Positions 37,845-47,849 of a stretch of 64,000 nt of DNA are shown piece by piece. The notes beneath the pieces were generated by a model. It was not told the DNA's origin. It saw only the letters and a program-made list of their open reading frames with translations, and did not search any database. The first letter of the stretch is position 1. Each line of letters opens with the position of its first letter. Position numbers and translations under genes: made by a program. The stretch is taken from positions 256,001 to 320,000 of the forward strand of contig JBDRCX010000006.1 of assembly GCA_043821365.1 (NCBI GenBank), read 5' to 3'. Source of the stretch: Candidatus Micrarchaeota archaeon. Its GTDB lineage: Archaea; Micrarchaeota; Micrarchaeia; Anstonellales; Bilamarchaeaceae.

Positions 37845-38171
37845 TTACGCCAATTCTTTAAGGATTTTCTCTATCTCTTCATCTGTCATCTCTATCCTAT
37901 ACTTTACTAGGATTGCCTTTAAAGTTGCTGGGTTTTTTGGATGTATATCAACTATCTTAACAGCCAAGTCTTCGTTTATTTTTTCATTCTTCTTTAAATT
38001 TTCAACTAGTTTCTTTGCTTTATCCTCATCTATAGTTGAAAATCTTTGAGAGTTTTCTAAAGCCTGGTTCTGTTCATATCCAAGCTCACCCTCCTCATTT
38101 CTTTTTGTTAATATCTCTTTTGCTTCACCAACTAAGGTTGGTTTAGAAGATTTGATTTCCATTAATATCAC
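37845..38171 (-). CDS. rpo4: RNA polymerase subunit Rpo4 (RpoF)
   Basis: ELGYEQ..AL, KIVDIHP motifs; synteny with rpl21e and DUF655. Confidence 0.9.
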   Translation of the reverse strand: MILMEIKSSKPTLVGEAKEILTKRNEEGELGYEQNQALENSQRFSTIDEDKAKKLVENLKKNEKINEDLAVKIVDIHPKNPATLKAILVKYRIEMTDEEIEKILKELA

Positions 38172-38455
38172 CCCGATAATTTTAAGTGTACCGCACCCAC
38201 AACTATGTCTTTGGTCGTTTTGAAGTCCCTAACCTTGACAACATATCCTCTGCCTCTTTTTTCAATAACAACGCCGTGTTTTCCGGTATATCTCAAATGA
38301 GGCAGTCCAGTATATTTTGCCATAGGGCTAATAATTACCTTATCTCCGACGTTGAACTTTTGTACAAGCTTTGCTACGCTGGTTCTGCTCTTTCCCCTGA
38401 GCTGTCGTGTCCTTTTACTAAATGCGCCTTTTGAAGGTTTAACCATTGTGATCAC
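38168..38455 (-). CDS. rpl21e: 50S ribosomal protein L21e
   Basis: SKG...RTR, GLPH.RY.GK.G.V, HLK motifs. Confidence 0.95.
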   Translation of the reverse strand: MITMVKPSKGAFSKRTRQLRGKSRTSVAKLVQKFNVGDKVIISPMAKYTGLPHLRYTGKHGVVIEKRGRGYVVKVRDFKTTKDIVVGAVHLKLSG

Positions 38456-38546
38456 AGAAATTAGTTTGTACGATGTTGATGAGAGAAAGTCTTTTTAAAC
38501 AATTGCCTCCTTTATAAATGTTAAGTTTAGTCTTATAGGTGGTATT

Positions 38547-39107
38547 TTGGCAAAACAACCTGATTTTGTAATTACGAATATGGTAGCGTCTGCATCGCTT
38601 GGTCTAGAACTTGATCTTTATGCTTTAGCAAACAAGATTCCAGAGATAGAATATGAACCAGAACAATTTCCTGGCGCTATTCTAAAATTCAAGGATCCAA
38701 AAGCATCCTTACTTCTTTTCAAGAACGGAAAAGTTGTTTGTGTTGGGTGTAAGAAAAGAGAATTGATTGAAAAAACAATACAAAAAACAATCAAAATGTT
38801 AACTCCCTATGCAAAAAGAATTACTAAAACAAAAAAACCACACATCGAAATTACAAATATTGTTGCATCTGCAGCACTTAATCTTGATCTTGATCTTTAC
38901 AAAATTGCTTATAAAATAAAAGATGTTGAATATGAACCAGAACAATTTCCTGGCGCTATTCTAAAATTCAAGGATCCAAAAGCATCCTTACTTCTTTTCA
39001 AGAACGGAAAAGTAATCTGTGCAGGGGCTAAGAATGAGAAGGAAATTCGTATTGTGCTAGCAAAGGCAAAAACTCTTCTTAAGCCATATGCTGAAAAACC
39101 ACGTTAA
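38547..39107 (+). CDS. tbp: TATA-box binding protein
   Basis: Two repeats of I.N.VAS....LDL...YEPEQFPG...LLF.NGK..C.G; TTG start after AGGTGG. Confidence 0.95.
   Translation: MAKQPDFVITNMVASASLGLELDLYALANKIPEIEYEPEQFPGAILKFKDPKASLLLFKNGKVVCVGCKKRELIEKTIQKTIKMLTPYAKRITKTKKPHIEITNIVASAALNLDLDLYKIAYKIKDVEYEPEQFPGAILKFKDPKASLLLFKNGKVICAGAKNEKEIRIVLAKAKTLLKPYAEKPR
38649..39013 (+). repeat. 86-nt perfect direct repeat inside tbp (38649-38734 and 38928-39013)
   Basis: Base-by-base comparison shows identity over 86 nt at an offset of 279 nt (93 codons). Confidence 0.95.
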
Positions 39108-39118
39108 AAGGGGTATAT

Positions 39119-39703
39119 GTGAGACTACTGGCAATAGTATTCCTCTTCATATACTTTTTATCAGTTGTAAATGGTGCCCTTGGTCTTACTACTGTTTATG
39201 ATTGCGAAACAAAAAGAGATGGTGCTGGGCATCTAGTCTATTATACGGATTCTCTAAAAATCAAATGTTATCACTCAGCTGCCATGACATCTGCTTACAT
39301 TGGGGATGTTGGCCAGGCAAAAGTCATATGTGAGTCTATCTGGATGGATTTTGGTAGTGCGATTGCACCAGACGGAAGCGATCTAAAAAAATCAGCAGAA
39401 CTTGAATCCAATGCATGTTATTATGACGTTGCTAAAATAGTAAGAGATCCTGTAATATGCCAGCGTATAACCAAAAAGTACGATTACAATACTGAGTTGT
39501 TTGGGGATGTAGTCAATCAGGATAACTGCATTCAGGAAGTTTGTAATCTTGCTCAGATAGTTCCACAGAATTATTATGGTGCTGCGGTTCCAACTACTAC
39601 GAGTGGTCTTTGTCCTGCGATTGCTAATACATCTGACAATCTGTGCAGTGTGCTATTTGTGTTGCCTCTATTTTTTCTTGCTATCTGGAGATTTAGTAAT
39701 TAA
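39119..39703 (+). CDS. Secreted Cys-rich, membrane-anchored hypothetical protein
   Basis: Signal peptide, about 9 Cys, C-terminal Cys plus TM helix. Confidence 0.6.
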   Translation: MRLLAIVFLFIYFLSVVNGALGLTTVYDCETKRDGAGHLVYYTDSLKIKCYHSAAMTSAYIGDVGQAKVICESIWMDFGSAIAPDGSDLKKSAELESNACYYDVAKIVRDPVICQRITKKYDYNTELFGDVVNQDNCIQEVCNLAQIVPQNYYGAAVPTTTSGLCPAIANTSDNLCSVLFVLPLFFLAIWRFSN

Positions 39704-39709
39704 TAAAAT

Positions 39710-39997
39710 TTATTCTAGATCCATCAGTTCCAAGGCTTTCTTAACACTCATTCCTTCTCTTATGCCCAGATCCTCAGCCCATGATGTTGCTACTCTTATC
39801 TTTGCTCTTTTCATATCATCAAGGCATTTTACTCCAGTTACAAATGCTGCAATATCCCCAACTTTCTCTGCTGTTTCTTTATCTATGTAACTGCATGCTA
39901 TGTATCCTTTTTTTGCTTTCACAACAATTAGTGGTAGATTTCCTATGTCCTGTCTTAATGCAATATATTTCTTTCCCTCAAAGGAAATTTCATCCAT
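39710..39997 (-). CDS. YunC/DUF1805 family protein
   Basis: KGYIACSY, AAFVTGV, GIREGM...AL; start at ATG 39997. Confidence 0.85.
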   Translation of the reverse strand: MDEISFEGKKYIALRQDIGNLPLIVVKAKKGYIACSYIDKETAEKVGDIAAFVTGVKCLDDMKRAKIRVATSWAEDLGIREGMSVKKALELMDLE

Positions 39998-40238
39998 ACA
40001 TGTCCCTCTCTCTGCGGCGTTGCGCTTGTTGTTTTTTCTTTTCAAATATTTTTCTATGTTTTGCGCAACTAATGCAATAATACACATCTCTAAATCCAGT
40101 GTAAGTTACATTACCTTCTTTGAGATCGGTAGTAAAATGTGTTCTTGTATTGTATTCAACTGCTTTATCACGTGGAACTGATCTACCACATGATGAACAT
40201 GATTCCAGTCGTTCTCTGCCGCGTCTTTTATTTCCCAT
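39990..40238 (-). CDS. rps26e: 30S ribosomal protein S26e
   Basis: CSSCGRSVPRDKA and YCISCAKH zinc motifs. Confidence 0.93.
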   Translation of the reverse strand: MGNKRRGRERLESCSSCGRSVPRDKAVEYNTRTHFTTDLKEGNVTYTGFRDVYYCISCAKHRKIFEKKKQQAQRRRERDMYG

Positions 40239-40247
40239 ATGGTCGCC

Positions 40248-41012
40248 TCATATTTTAAATTTCCCAAGACAGATGCCACTCAGGCGAAATAACAATGCAT
40301 CGTTGAGTTTAAATAGTTTGTTATTAATCAGAGGTCCAAATTTTGTTTTTCCGTCGTTATTTATTGGTGTTCCAATGACCGGATTGAAAGCAGGCATTAA
40401 AATAAATTTTATTTTTTTATTGAATTTTTTATAATATTTTTTTATATTTTCTTCATCTACATCTGCAACAACCCAGACTGGTTCAATGTGTTTTTTACCA
40501 AATGCATCTTGGTTCGATATCATTGGGTGTTGGTGCCCTGCAATCAAATATTTACAACACATAAGTTCTTTTGCTGGCCAAGAGTGTCCGTGGATTAGCC
40601 CAAGTCCTTCATATACAAATCCACCTGCTGGTTTTACTTCTACATTACCACAGTTTTCAATTCCGCCATGGAGCGAACGGCTATCCGTTCGCGACAGTCG
40701 GAATTGTTTCTCAATTCCGCCATCATGATTTCCCTTCACTATTATGATTTTGCAAAGCATGGATAATTTTGCCAATATATTTTCTGTTGTTCTATCTAAC
40801 ATTGTTATATCCTCTTTCACATCTCCCAGCAGAATTAGTGTTTTTACTTTATGTCCAATTATCAAATTTTTTAATTTTTGAAAAAGCCTGTTACTGAAAT
40901 CACTATCATATATGCCTTTTCGTAATAGTTTATTTTCCATTCCAAAATGGGTATCACCAACAACTAGTGCGCCTTTGTGAAGAATGGCAGGGGCATCATA
41001 AATAATTTTCAT
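40248..41012 (-). CDS. Metallophosphoesterase (archaeal ICC-like), with an 18-aa in-frame insertion
   Basis: GDTH, GD, GNHD, HGH, GHQHP and MPAFN motifs. Confidence 0.85.
   Translation of the reverse strand: MKIIYDAPAILHKGALVVGDTHFGMENKLLRKGIYDSDFSNRLFQKLKNLIIGHKVKTLILLGDVKEDITMLDRTTENILAKLSMLCKIIIVKGNHDGGIEKQFRLSRTDSRSLHGGIENCGNVEVKPAGGFVYEGLGLIHGHSWPAKELMCCKYLIAGHQHPMISNQDAFGKKHIEPVWVVADVDEENIKKYYKKFNKKIKFILMPAFNPVIGTPINNDGKTKFGPLINNKLFKLNDALLFRLSGICLGKFKI
40657..40723. repeat. 54-nt insertion bounded by a 13-nt direct repeat, with an internal perfect 8-bp hairpin
   Basis: TCAATTCCGCCAT at 40657-40669 and 40711-40723; GCGAACGG-CTAT-CCGTTCGC at 40673-40692. Confidence 0.85.
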
Positions 41013-41065
41013 TATTTTTTATTTACCTATTACAACTTTAATTCATTCTCATCTTAATTGGTTTT

Positions 41066-42910
41066 ATGGTCCTTCATTTCAGACATGATGTTGTGCGATC
41101 TTCACAAAAAGAACTGATGCAAGATATTTACGATTCAATTTCAAATCGTCAAAATTTTATGGCCCAGGCGCCTACGGGCTCAGGAAAAACAGATGCCAGT
41201 ATCTCAGCAGCACTTTCATATGCACTTGAAAATGATCTTACTGTGTTTTTTCTAACTCCAAAAATATCTCAACATAAAATAGCTATTGATGTGGCAACAG
41301 GAATTGCAAAAAAACACAAACTAAATATTCGTTCAGTTGACATTCTTGGCCGCGCTCATTGTTGTATTGATAATTCCCTGCGTGAGTTGGATGCTGATGG
41401 ATTTCAAAGTGCATGTATGAAAAAAAGAAAAGACAAAACATGCCCATATTATATTAATGCACACGGTTATTCCCGTTTGGATCAAGCAAAGGCAGAAACA
41501 AAATTCAAAGCAATTTTGGGAGATTATGGAAGTGGTAAAGGCCATCATGAGCTTATTGATCTTGGAAAAGATTCTAGTTGCTGTCCATATGAGTGGTTAT
41601 TGAAACTCGGTTCGATTTCCAATCTTATTGTTGCTGATTACTATCATTTGTTGGTGCCACATATTCAAGTGCAATTTTTATCTAAGATAAAAAAATCAAT
41701 TGACAAATCAATAGTGATAGTTGATGAGGCTCACAATCTTTCAGCAAGAATACGTTCAAGTTTATCAAGAAGAGTGAGTAGTTTTAGTTTTTCACGTGCT
41801 GCGAAAGAGTTGAGAGCTCTTAAATTCAATCCAGGAAAATTAGATACTGAGTTTGACAGATGGGCAGAAAACATTCTGAAAGGAAAGAAAGAAATTGCAA
41901 TTTCAATGGAAGATTTTCATAGGATGATTGAAGGTTTGGGGGTGTCAAGCGATGAACTTGCCATGAAACTTGAAGAGGTTGGTTTGGAAATAATTATGAA
42001 TACCGGCAAAAAAAGTTCTTCTCTTCACCTGGCTCATTTTCTTAATGATTGGCCAACTGGTGATCAAAATTCAGTAAGGATTCTGAAAACAGATGGGAAA
42101 TATTTTTTTCTGTCTAAAAAAACTCTTGATCCGTCACCTGCAACTGGAGTGCTAAATGATTTTTATTCATCTGTTCTCATGAGCGGTACGCTAGTACCCC
42201 TCCATATGCACAGAGATGTTCTGGGTCTTGATCCTGAAAGAACCATTATGAAAACTTATTCATCTCCATTTAGTGAATCTAACACTGTCAATATTATTAC
42301 AAGAAATATTACAACAAAATATTCTTCAAGAGGGCCACAAAGCTACCTATCAATTGCAAAAAAGATAGATGCAATAGTTTCAAAAACACCTGGAGGCTCT
42401 GCCATCTTTTTCCCTTCATATAAAGTCATGAATGAAGTTCTTGAACTTATATTCACTCAGAATCTACATATCCAAAAACCTGATATGAAACCAGCAGATA
42501 TCCGTCAACTAATTAAAAATTTTAAACACGGTGGGGTGTTGTGCGGAGTTCAGGGAGGGTCACTTTCAGAAGGGGTTGACTATTGTGATGGAGAAATAAA
42601 AACAATCATAATAGTTGGGCTTGCATTGGATGAAATGAGTTTGGAAATCAAAGCACTTATTGATTATTACGATCAGAAATTCGGCCGTGGTTGGGACTAT
42701 GGTTATCTTTATCCTGGTACTCTCAAGGCATTACAAGCAGCTGGAAGAGCCCTTAGGAAGGAAACTGATAGAGTGGCAGTTGTCTATATGGATGAAAGAT
42801 TCAATTGGCCGAAATATAATATAGTTTTCGATAAGAAAACTAAATTCCTACTTACAAACAAACCTGAAGAACTTGTTGATGATTTTTGGAAAAACAAATA
42901 CCATTTATAA
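41066..42910 (+). CDS. xpd: XPD/Rad3-family Fe-S DNA helicase
   Basis: APTGSGKT, Cys cluster (C...C...CPY...CPY), DEAHN, SGTL, SEGVD, QAAGRALR motifs. Confidence 0.9.
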   Translation: MVLHFRHDVVRSSQKELMQDIYDSISNRQNFMAQAPTGSGKTDASISAALSYALENDLTVFFLTPKISQHKIAIDVATGIAKKHKLNIRSVDILGRAHCCIDNSLRELDADGFQSACMKKRKDKTCPYYINAHGYSRLDQAKAETKFKAILGDYGSGKGHHELIDLGKDSSCCPYEWLLKLGSISNLIVADYYHLLVPHIQVQFLSKIKKSIDKSIVIVDEAHNLSARIRSSLSRRVSSFSFSRAAKELRALKFNPGKLDTEFDRWAENILKGKKEIAISMEDFHRMIEGLGVSSDELAMKLEEVGLEIIMNTGKKSSSLHLAHFLNDWPTGDQNSVRILKTDGKYFFLSKKTLDPSPATGVLNDFYSSVLMSGTLVPLHMHRDVLGLDPERTIMKTYSSPFSESNTVNIITRNITTKYSSRGPQSYLSIAKKIDAIVSKTPGGSAIFFPSYKVMNEVLELIFTQNLHIQKPDMKPADIRQLIKNFKHGGVLCGVQGGSLSEGVDYCDGEIKTIIIVGLALDEMSLEIKALIDYYDQKFGRGWDYGYLYPGTLKALQAAGRALRKETDRVAVVYMDERFNWPKYNIVFDKKTKFLLTNKPEELVDDFWKNKYHL

Positions 42911-42940
42911 ATATTATTAACCACACTCCTTCCTGATAAA

Positions 42941-43606
42941 ATGGTTATTCTTAGATGTAGGGCTGACCAAGTTGGTACTGGCGCACTATCAACTGTCTAT
43001 TATAAATCACATGGAACTAGAGTGGTTGCACTATTCCGAAGATACCACGGGAATGGTGGTCGTTGGGATGGGTTACTTCAGCTTGGGCCAGGTGGTATTG
43101 CAAGAAATGGAGAAACTCCAAGGGCCACTCTTTGTAGGGAATTCCCAGAAGAACTTCCACAGCTTACGCGTTTTATGGAAACAGGAAAAGTGAAAATTTA
43201 CGGTTTTGATAATGATGGTGTCCTTGGTATACCTGCATTTGTTACTGCCAATCCTCGTAGACCACCTTTCAATGTTCATATGTTTTTAGTTGAAATCTCT
43301 CCAGAAGCAGCGGCTGTTCTCTCTAGCGGAATACCATCTGACCTGGCTGTTTTAGCTAATAGGATGGTTAGTTCACTTTCCAATTACAGGGCAATGGAAA
43401 CAGAATGGACCCTCAGTGTCATCAATTCGATAAAATTATTATTTGAAATTATACCTCCAGCATCTGAGGAGCTATCTTTTCCTTTATTTGTTCCTACTGA
43501 TTTAGTTAGTTTGATGATTAAATATTCTCCAGGTAGTTTTATGCCACATTATTCTGCATCATGTCAGCACGAAACTAATTATGATTTGTTGATGAAAACA
43601 AAATAG
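42941..43606 (+). CDS. Nudix-motif protein, divergent
   Basis: G-IARNG-E-TPRATLC-RE-FP-EE fits GX5EX7REUXEE. Confidence 0.55.
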   Translation: MVILRCRADQVGTGALSTVYYKSHGTRVVALFRRYHGNGGRWDGLLQLGPGGIARNGETPRATLCREFPEELPQLTRFMETGKVKIYGFDNDGVLGIPAFVTANPRRPPFNVHMFLVEISPEAAAVLSSGIPSDLAVLANRMVSSLSNYRAMETEWTLSVINSIKLLFEIIPPASEELSFPLFVPTDLVSLMIKYSPGSFMPHYSASCQHETNYDLLMKTK

Positions 43607-43621
43607 TATTGCAACAGAAGA

Positions 43622-44626
43622 TCAACTCTTTATCGGATAATACTTCTTTCCCATTGGATAATAAGTATATGTGTGCTCATGAAAAACTAGGAGCGAATCA
43701 TAGCTTTTTATCAAATTTGAAAAATTTGTCCTTAGTTCCAACATTAATTTTCTAAATGAGTCATAATTGTCGATTTCAACATCAAGTTCTATGTTCCAGT
43801 CTCCCAAGCAAAGGTCAATGTCAATTATGTTGGGGTGTTGGGTAACGTGATTTAGAAATCGATTCAATTCCTTTCCGTCAAATGAGTCAACTCTTACTAG
43901 TACTTTATAACTTAAGAAATTAATTTTGTTTCTGTCAAGAACAACTCTGGCTCCTTGTATTATGCCACTTTCCTTCATTTTCTTTATCCTGTAACTTACT
44001 GCAGTTGGTGTTACTTTCAATTCCTTTGCAATATCAACTAAGCGATTTCTAGCATCTTTTGATAGAATTGCAAGTATCTTTTTATCAAGTTCATCTATTC
44101 TCGGATTTGGATCTACTTCCCCACCAAATAATGGTACTTCCGCCCTAGTTCTTTCACCAATAAGATAGCCACGTTTTGAATTGTATGCTGTTTCTACGAT
44201 TGAAACAGATATGTTTTCAAAATATTTTCCATATCCCCCAAAAAGTTCCCTATAAACTTTGTAAAGATGATGGGTGTCATTTGCCCATACGCCTATGAAC
44301 ATATCAAAACGCCCATCACAGGTGTCTACAAGTCCAACATCAAGATGGTTACTAAAAAATTCTATGATTTCATTTTCTAATTTTTTGTCAACATTTTTAT
44401 ATTTAAGATAGAATTTGAAAAACGTATATCCTAATTTTGCTTCGTTTACGATCACACAACAGCGTCGTAAAACTCCTCTTCTTTGCATTTCTGTAATTCT
44501 ATATCCAACTACTTGTTTTGAAAGCCTTGTTTTTTTGGCTATTATTGATGCGGGCTGGAATCCATTCTCATCAAGATGAAACAGAATCTGTCTATCTTTC
44601 CAGTCTATCCCTCCAAAAGGCTTCAT
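43622..44626 (-). CDS. Tandem Lrp/AsnC-family transcriptional regulator
   Basis: Two wHTH plus ligand-binding units (D..ILFHL..N..., D.LDKKILAIL..DAR). Confidence 0.9.
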   Translation of the reverse strand: MKPFGGIDWKDRQILFHLDENGFQPASIIAKKTRLSKQVVGYRITEMQRRGVLRRCCVIVNEAKLGYTFFKFYLKYKNVDKKLENEIIEFFSNHLDVGLVDTCDGRFDMFIGVWANDTHHLYKVYRELFGGYGKYFENISVSIVETAYNSKRGYLIGERTRAEVPLFGGEVDPNPRIDELDKKILAILSKDARNRLVDIAKELKVTPTAVSYRIKKMKESGIIQGARVVLDRNKINFLSYKVLVRVDSFDGKELNRFLNHVTQHPNIIDIDLCLGDWNIELDVEIDNYDSFRKLMLELRTNFSNLIKSYDSLLVFHEHTYTYYPMGKKYYPIKS

Positions 44627-44777
44627 ATATTGTTTTTGTAAAAAATCAATATAAGCTTATTGAATCACATATGTTCCTTGGTTTTTTGTTTTTAATATAA
44701 TTTTTAGCGAATTTTTATTGTTTAGTAAAAAAATTTGTTAAGTTATTTAATATAGTATTTGTGTTAATAAATCTAAT

Positions 44778-46343
44778 ATGGTGGGCAATAAAATAGTTCT
44801 TATTCAACCGGAGATCAAAGCTGGAAGTTCATTAGGTGTAAGAAAAACTCCAGCGTCAATACAGCACCTTGGTGGTCAATTACAATCAGAAGGATTTAAT
44901 GTATTCTTGAAGCACGAACCAGTAACAGAAGGCCTTGTACGTTCAATTATCGATACTGGTACAAATGCAGTTGGTATCTCAACCATGACTTCAAATTTTA
45001 GGGAAGGGGAAAAACTTGCATTTATGCTTAAACAAGCAGATCCATTGTTAACTATTATAATTGGTGGGTGGCACCCATCTGGCTGTGCAAGATCCTACCT
45101 TTCTGGGCAGGAATCAGAATCAATTAATGAAGTTCTTAGTCCAAACACTCCTTTTGATTTGATGGTTTTTGGAGAAGGTGAGTTAGTTCTACCAGAAATT
45201 CTAAGGTGCCTATCTAATGGCAGATCTATAGACTTTCCTGGTGTTGGTATTTTCAAGGATGGTAGAATAAAAATTACAGGACCTGTAACTGTTCAATTAG
45301 ATTCAGTTGCCGATCCAATTTGGGGTAGTCTAGATATCAATAGCTATAGAGATCTACGTAGTGGTGCTTTGGATCTAAGCATACATACACAGCGTGGCTG
45401 TCCTTGGGGCTGCGGATATTGTTCTACTCCCATTGTTTCTGGCAAGGCACTGCGAAGTTTAAGTATTGAGAAAGTGATCGCTCAGTTAATTGAAGTTGCA
45501 GAAAAATTCAAACCACAAGTGATCACATTTACTAATGAAGATCCACTCCTCAATCTATCCTATTTCAGAGAATTAGTTGCCAGATTGAACATGATCAATT
45601 TCTCACAAAGGTATGGGGTCTCAATAGATATATTCGCTAGTATTGTCGATATTCATAGATTAATGTCTGAACCAAAATATCAAGGAATGGTAGATGAGAT
45701 AAAAAATGCTGGAATATCTAGTTTCACCATTGGTATTGAAAGTTTCAATCCAAAAATTTTGAGAAAATATGGTAAGTTGGCTATGATCACAGCAACAATG
45801 ACAAGAGAAGAAAGGTCCAGGTTCAAATCTTTAGATGAAAAAACTCAAGATGCCATGCTTGTCAAACATTATTTCGATAGGGTTCGGGCAGCCATAACAT
45901 TCTCTCAACAGCACGGTATTCTATGTGTTGGAGATTATATGATCGGAAATCCTGGCGAAACTACTGAAGAAGTATTAAGAGGGTTTTCAATGTTTTCTGC
46001 CATCAAAGGATTGCATGTGGCATACATCCCCCAATTCACTCCATTTCCAGGAACTCAAATCTGGTCTGAGTGTTATCCAGACGTCAAAAGAATTGATGGT
46101 AAGATAGCCTGGGAACTATTTGATGCAAGTCATAGCGTCTATTCAAGTGGTATGCCAGAAAACTTACGAGAAATGCTTGAGGTAGAATTTTATACTTCAG
46201 AAAGGTATCTATCTGATATGCATATTGCAATTAATGCTGGGTTTTTACCATCGCAATTTTTCAAAAATCGGTTTGATTTTATGCAACGAACCTTTGGAAA
46301 TTCTGAAAAACTAGATGCTATTCTACGATCACTTCAGTCATAG
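44778..46343 (+). CDS. Cobalamin-binding radical SAM protein
   Basis: N-terminal B12-binding-like domain (GISTMT, IIGGWHP); TQRGCPWGCGYC; GIES; FTPFPGT. Confidence 0.85.
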   Translation: MVGNKIVLIQPEIKAGSSLGVRKTPASIQHLGGQLQSEGFNVFLKHEPVTEGLVRSIIDTGTNAVGISTMTSNFREGEKLAFMLKQADPLLTIIIGGWHPSGCARSYLSGQESESINEVLSPNTPFDLMVFGEGELVLPEILRCLSNGRSIDFPGVGIFKDGRIKITGPVTVQLDSVADPIWGSLDINSYRDLRSGALDLSIHTQRGCPWGCGYCSTPIVSGKALRSLSIEKVIAQLIEVAEKFKPQVITFTNEDPLLNLSYFRELVARLNMINFSQRYGVSIDIFASIVDIHRLMSEPKYQGMVDEIKNAGISSFTIGIESFNPKILRKYGKLAMITATMTREERSRFKSLDEKTQDAMLVKHYFDRVRAAITFSQQHGILCVGDYMIGNPGETTEEVLRGFSMFSAIKGLHVAYIPQFTPFPGTQIWSECYPDVKRIDGKIAWELFDASHSVYSSGMPENLREMLEVEFYTSERYLSDMHIAINAGFLPSQFFKNRFDFMQRTFGNSEKLDAILRSLQS

Positions 46344-46582
46344 TTCATTATCAATTTTATCATTTTTACTTTTCTTGATTTGCATTTCTGACACATGGGG
46401 AGTAAGTTTGTTTTGAACATTCCACCACACTTGCACTTTTTTGGTGTGGGTTCCCCTCTTTCAACACCCTTCAATTCATCACATAATTCGCAACGGTATG
46501 CCTCTATGGTAAATGTGCCGCCTTCATGGGCTTCAAATTTGTTTTTACATTTTTCACATTCAAATTCAGCAAGATGACCCAT
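46334..46582 (-). CDS. Small zinc-ribbon protein
   Basis: Four Cys pairs (CEKC, CELC, CKC, CQKC). Confidence 0.6.
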   Translation of the reverse strand: MGHLAEFECEKCKNKFEAHEGGTFTIEAYRCELCDELKGVERGEPTPKKCKCGGMFKTNLLPMCQKCKSRKVKMIKLIMNYD

Positions 46583-46673
46583 AACTAACCCCTACTCTAA
46601 TTATCTATAAATATATATCCTCATTTCCGAAGCAAGATATTAAATCACTTCAACCCAAGTACCTATAGGTTAA

Positions 46674-47849
46674 ATGTTACTCACGATAAAATACGCCCCG
46701 AAGAAAATAGAAGATCTTTTGGGGAACCATGAAAAACTGGAACACATAAGACAATGGATTCTCCAGTGGATTAGTGGTAAAACTAGAAAGCCATTATTGA
46801 TCTATGGTTCACCTGGAGTTGGTAAAACATCACTTGTTTACGCCCTAAAAGAGCAGTATGACCTTGAGATAATAGAAATGAATGCAAGCGAGCTTCGAAA
46901 TAAGGGGAGGGTTGAGAGAATACTTGGACAATCTGCCCTTGCAGGAAGTCTTTTTGGAAAAACACGTTTAATCCTGATTGATGACGCTGATGTTCTAGCT
47001 GGTAGGAAAGATAGTGGTGGAGCAACTGCAATCAAAAATTTTCTATCTATTTCACCATGCCCAGCAATAGTTACTGCAACTGATGCTTGGAATAAGTCTC
47101 TTTCAGCTATCAGATCAGAATGCGAACTTATTGAATTTAAAAAAATCAGTAAACTTTCAATAAAAAAACACTTGGAAAAAATAGTAAAATTGGAGAAATT
47201 ACCTATCTCATCAGATACTATAGACGCAATAGTAGAAATGGCAGATGGTGATGTTAGGGCAGCACTCAATGATCTCCAGTCATTTGGCCCAAGTTCAAGG
47301 ACACATGAAAAAGATATATTCCAAATAGTGCGTGGCATTCTCAAAGGAGAAACATATTCCTCTGTAAAAGAAATCATGGGCGGCGATGTTGATTATAATA
47401 TGATTAAACTCTGGATTGATGAAAACATTCCATATGAGTACGAAACTAAAGAGGATGTTGCAGCTGGTTATGATTCTCTTTCCAAAGCAGATATCTTCGA
47501 TGGTAGGATAAAAAAAACCCATTGGCAGATGCTCAAATATTCAATTGATTTGGCTACTGCAGGCGTTGCTCTGGCTAAAAAAAATGTTTATAGGAAATTT
47601 ACAAAATATAATTTTCCAAATTATTTGAGGAGCATGTCTCGCTCAATTGAAAGAAGAGCGATGCTAAAATCCATTGGAACTAAAATTGGGAAACATGTTC
47701 ACACAAACTCAAAAGATTCTTTAGTTTACCTTCCTTTGCTTAAAGAATATGGAAAATCAGACATACAAAAACTAAGAGTATTTTATGATTTTAGTGACGA
47801 AGAACTAGCATTTATTTTAGAAACTAGCGTCAGCAAAGTGAAAAAATAA
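46674..47849 (+). CDS. rfcL: Replication factor C large subunit
   Basis: KYAPK, GSPGVGKT, EMNAS, DDAD, GDVRAALNDLQ, WIDEN; no intein. Confidence 0.93.
   Translation: MLLTIKYAPKKIEDLLGNHEKLEHIRQWILQWISGKTRKPLLIYGSPGVGKTSLVYALKEQYDLEIIEMNASELRNKGRVERILGQSALAGSLFGKTRLILIDDADVLAGRKDSGGATAIKNFLSISPCPAIVTATDAWNKSLSAIRSECELIEFKKISKLSIKKHLEKIVKLEKLPISSDTIDAIVEMADGDVRAALNDLQSFGPSSRTHEKDIFQIVRGILKGETYSSVKEIMGGDVDYNMIKLWIDENIPYEYETKEDVAAGYDSLSKADIFDGRIKKTHWQMLKYSIDLATAGVALAKKNVYRKFTKYNFPNYLRSMSRSIERRAMLKSIGTKIGKHVHTNSKDSLVYLPLLKEYGKSDIQKLRVFYDFSDEELAFILETSVSKVKK

Noticed and set aside
40657-40730. CRISPR repeat (ATTGAAAAC-like end) in the metallophosphoesterase gene
   Set aside because: Only two 13-nt copies, lying inside an intact ORF, with no array or cas genes. 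A BHB intron reading also fails.
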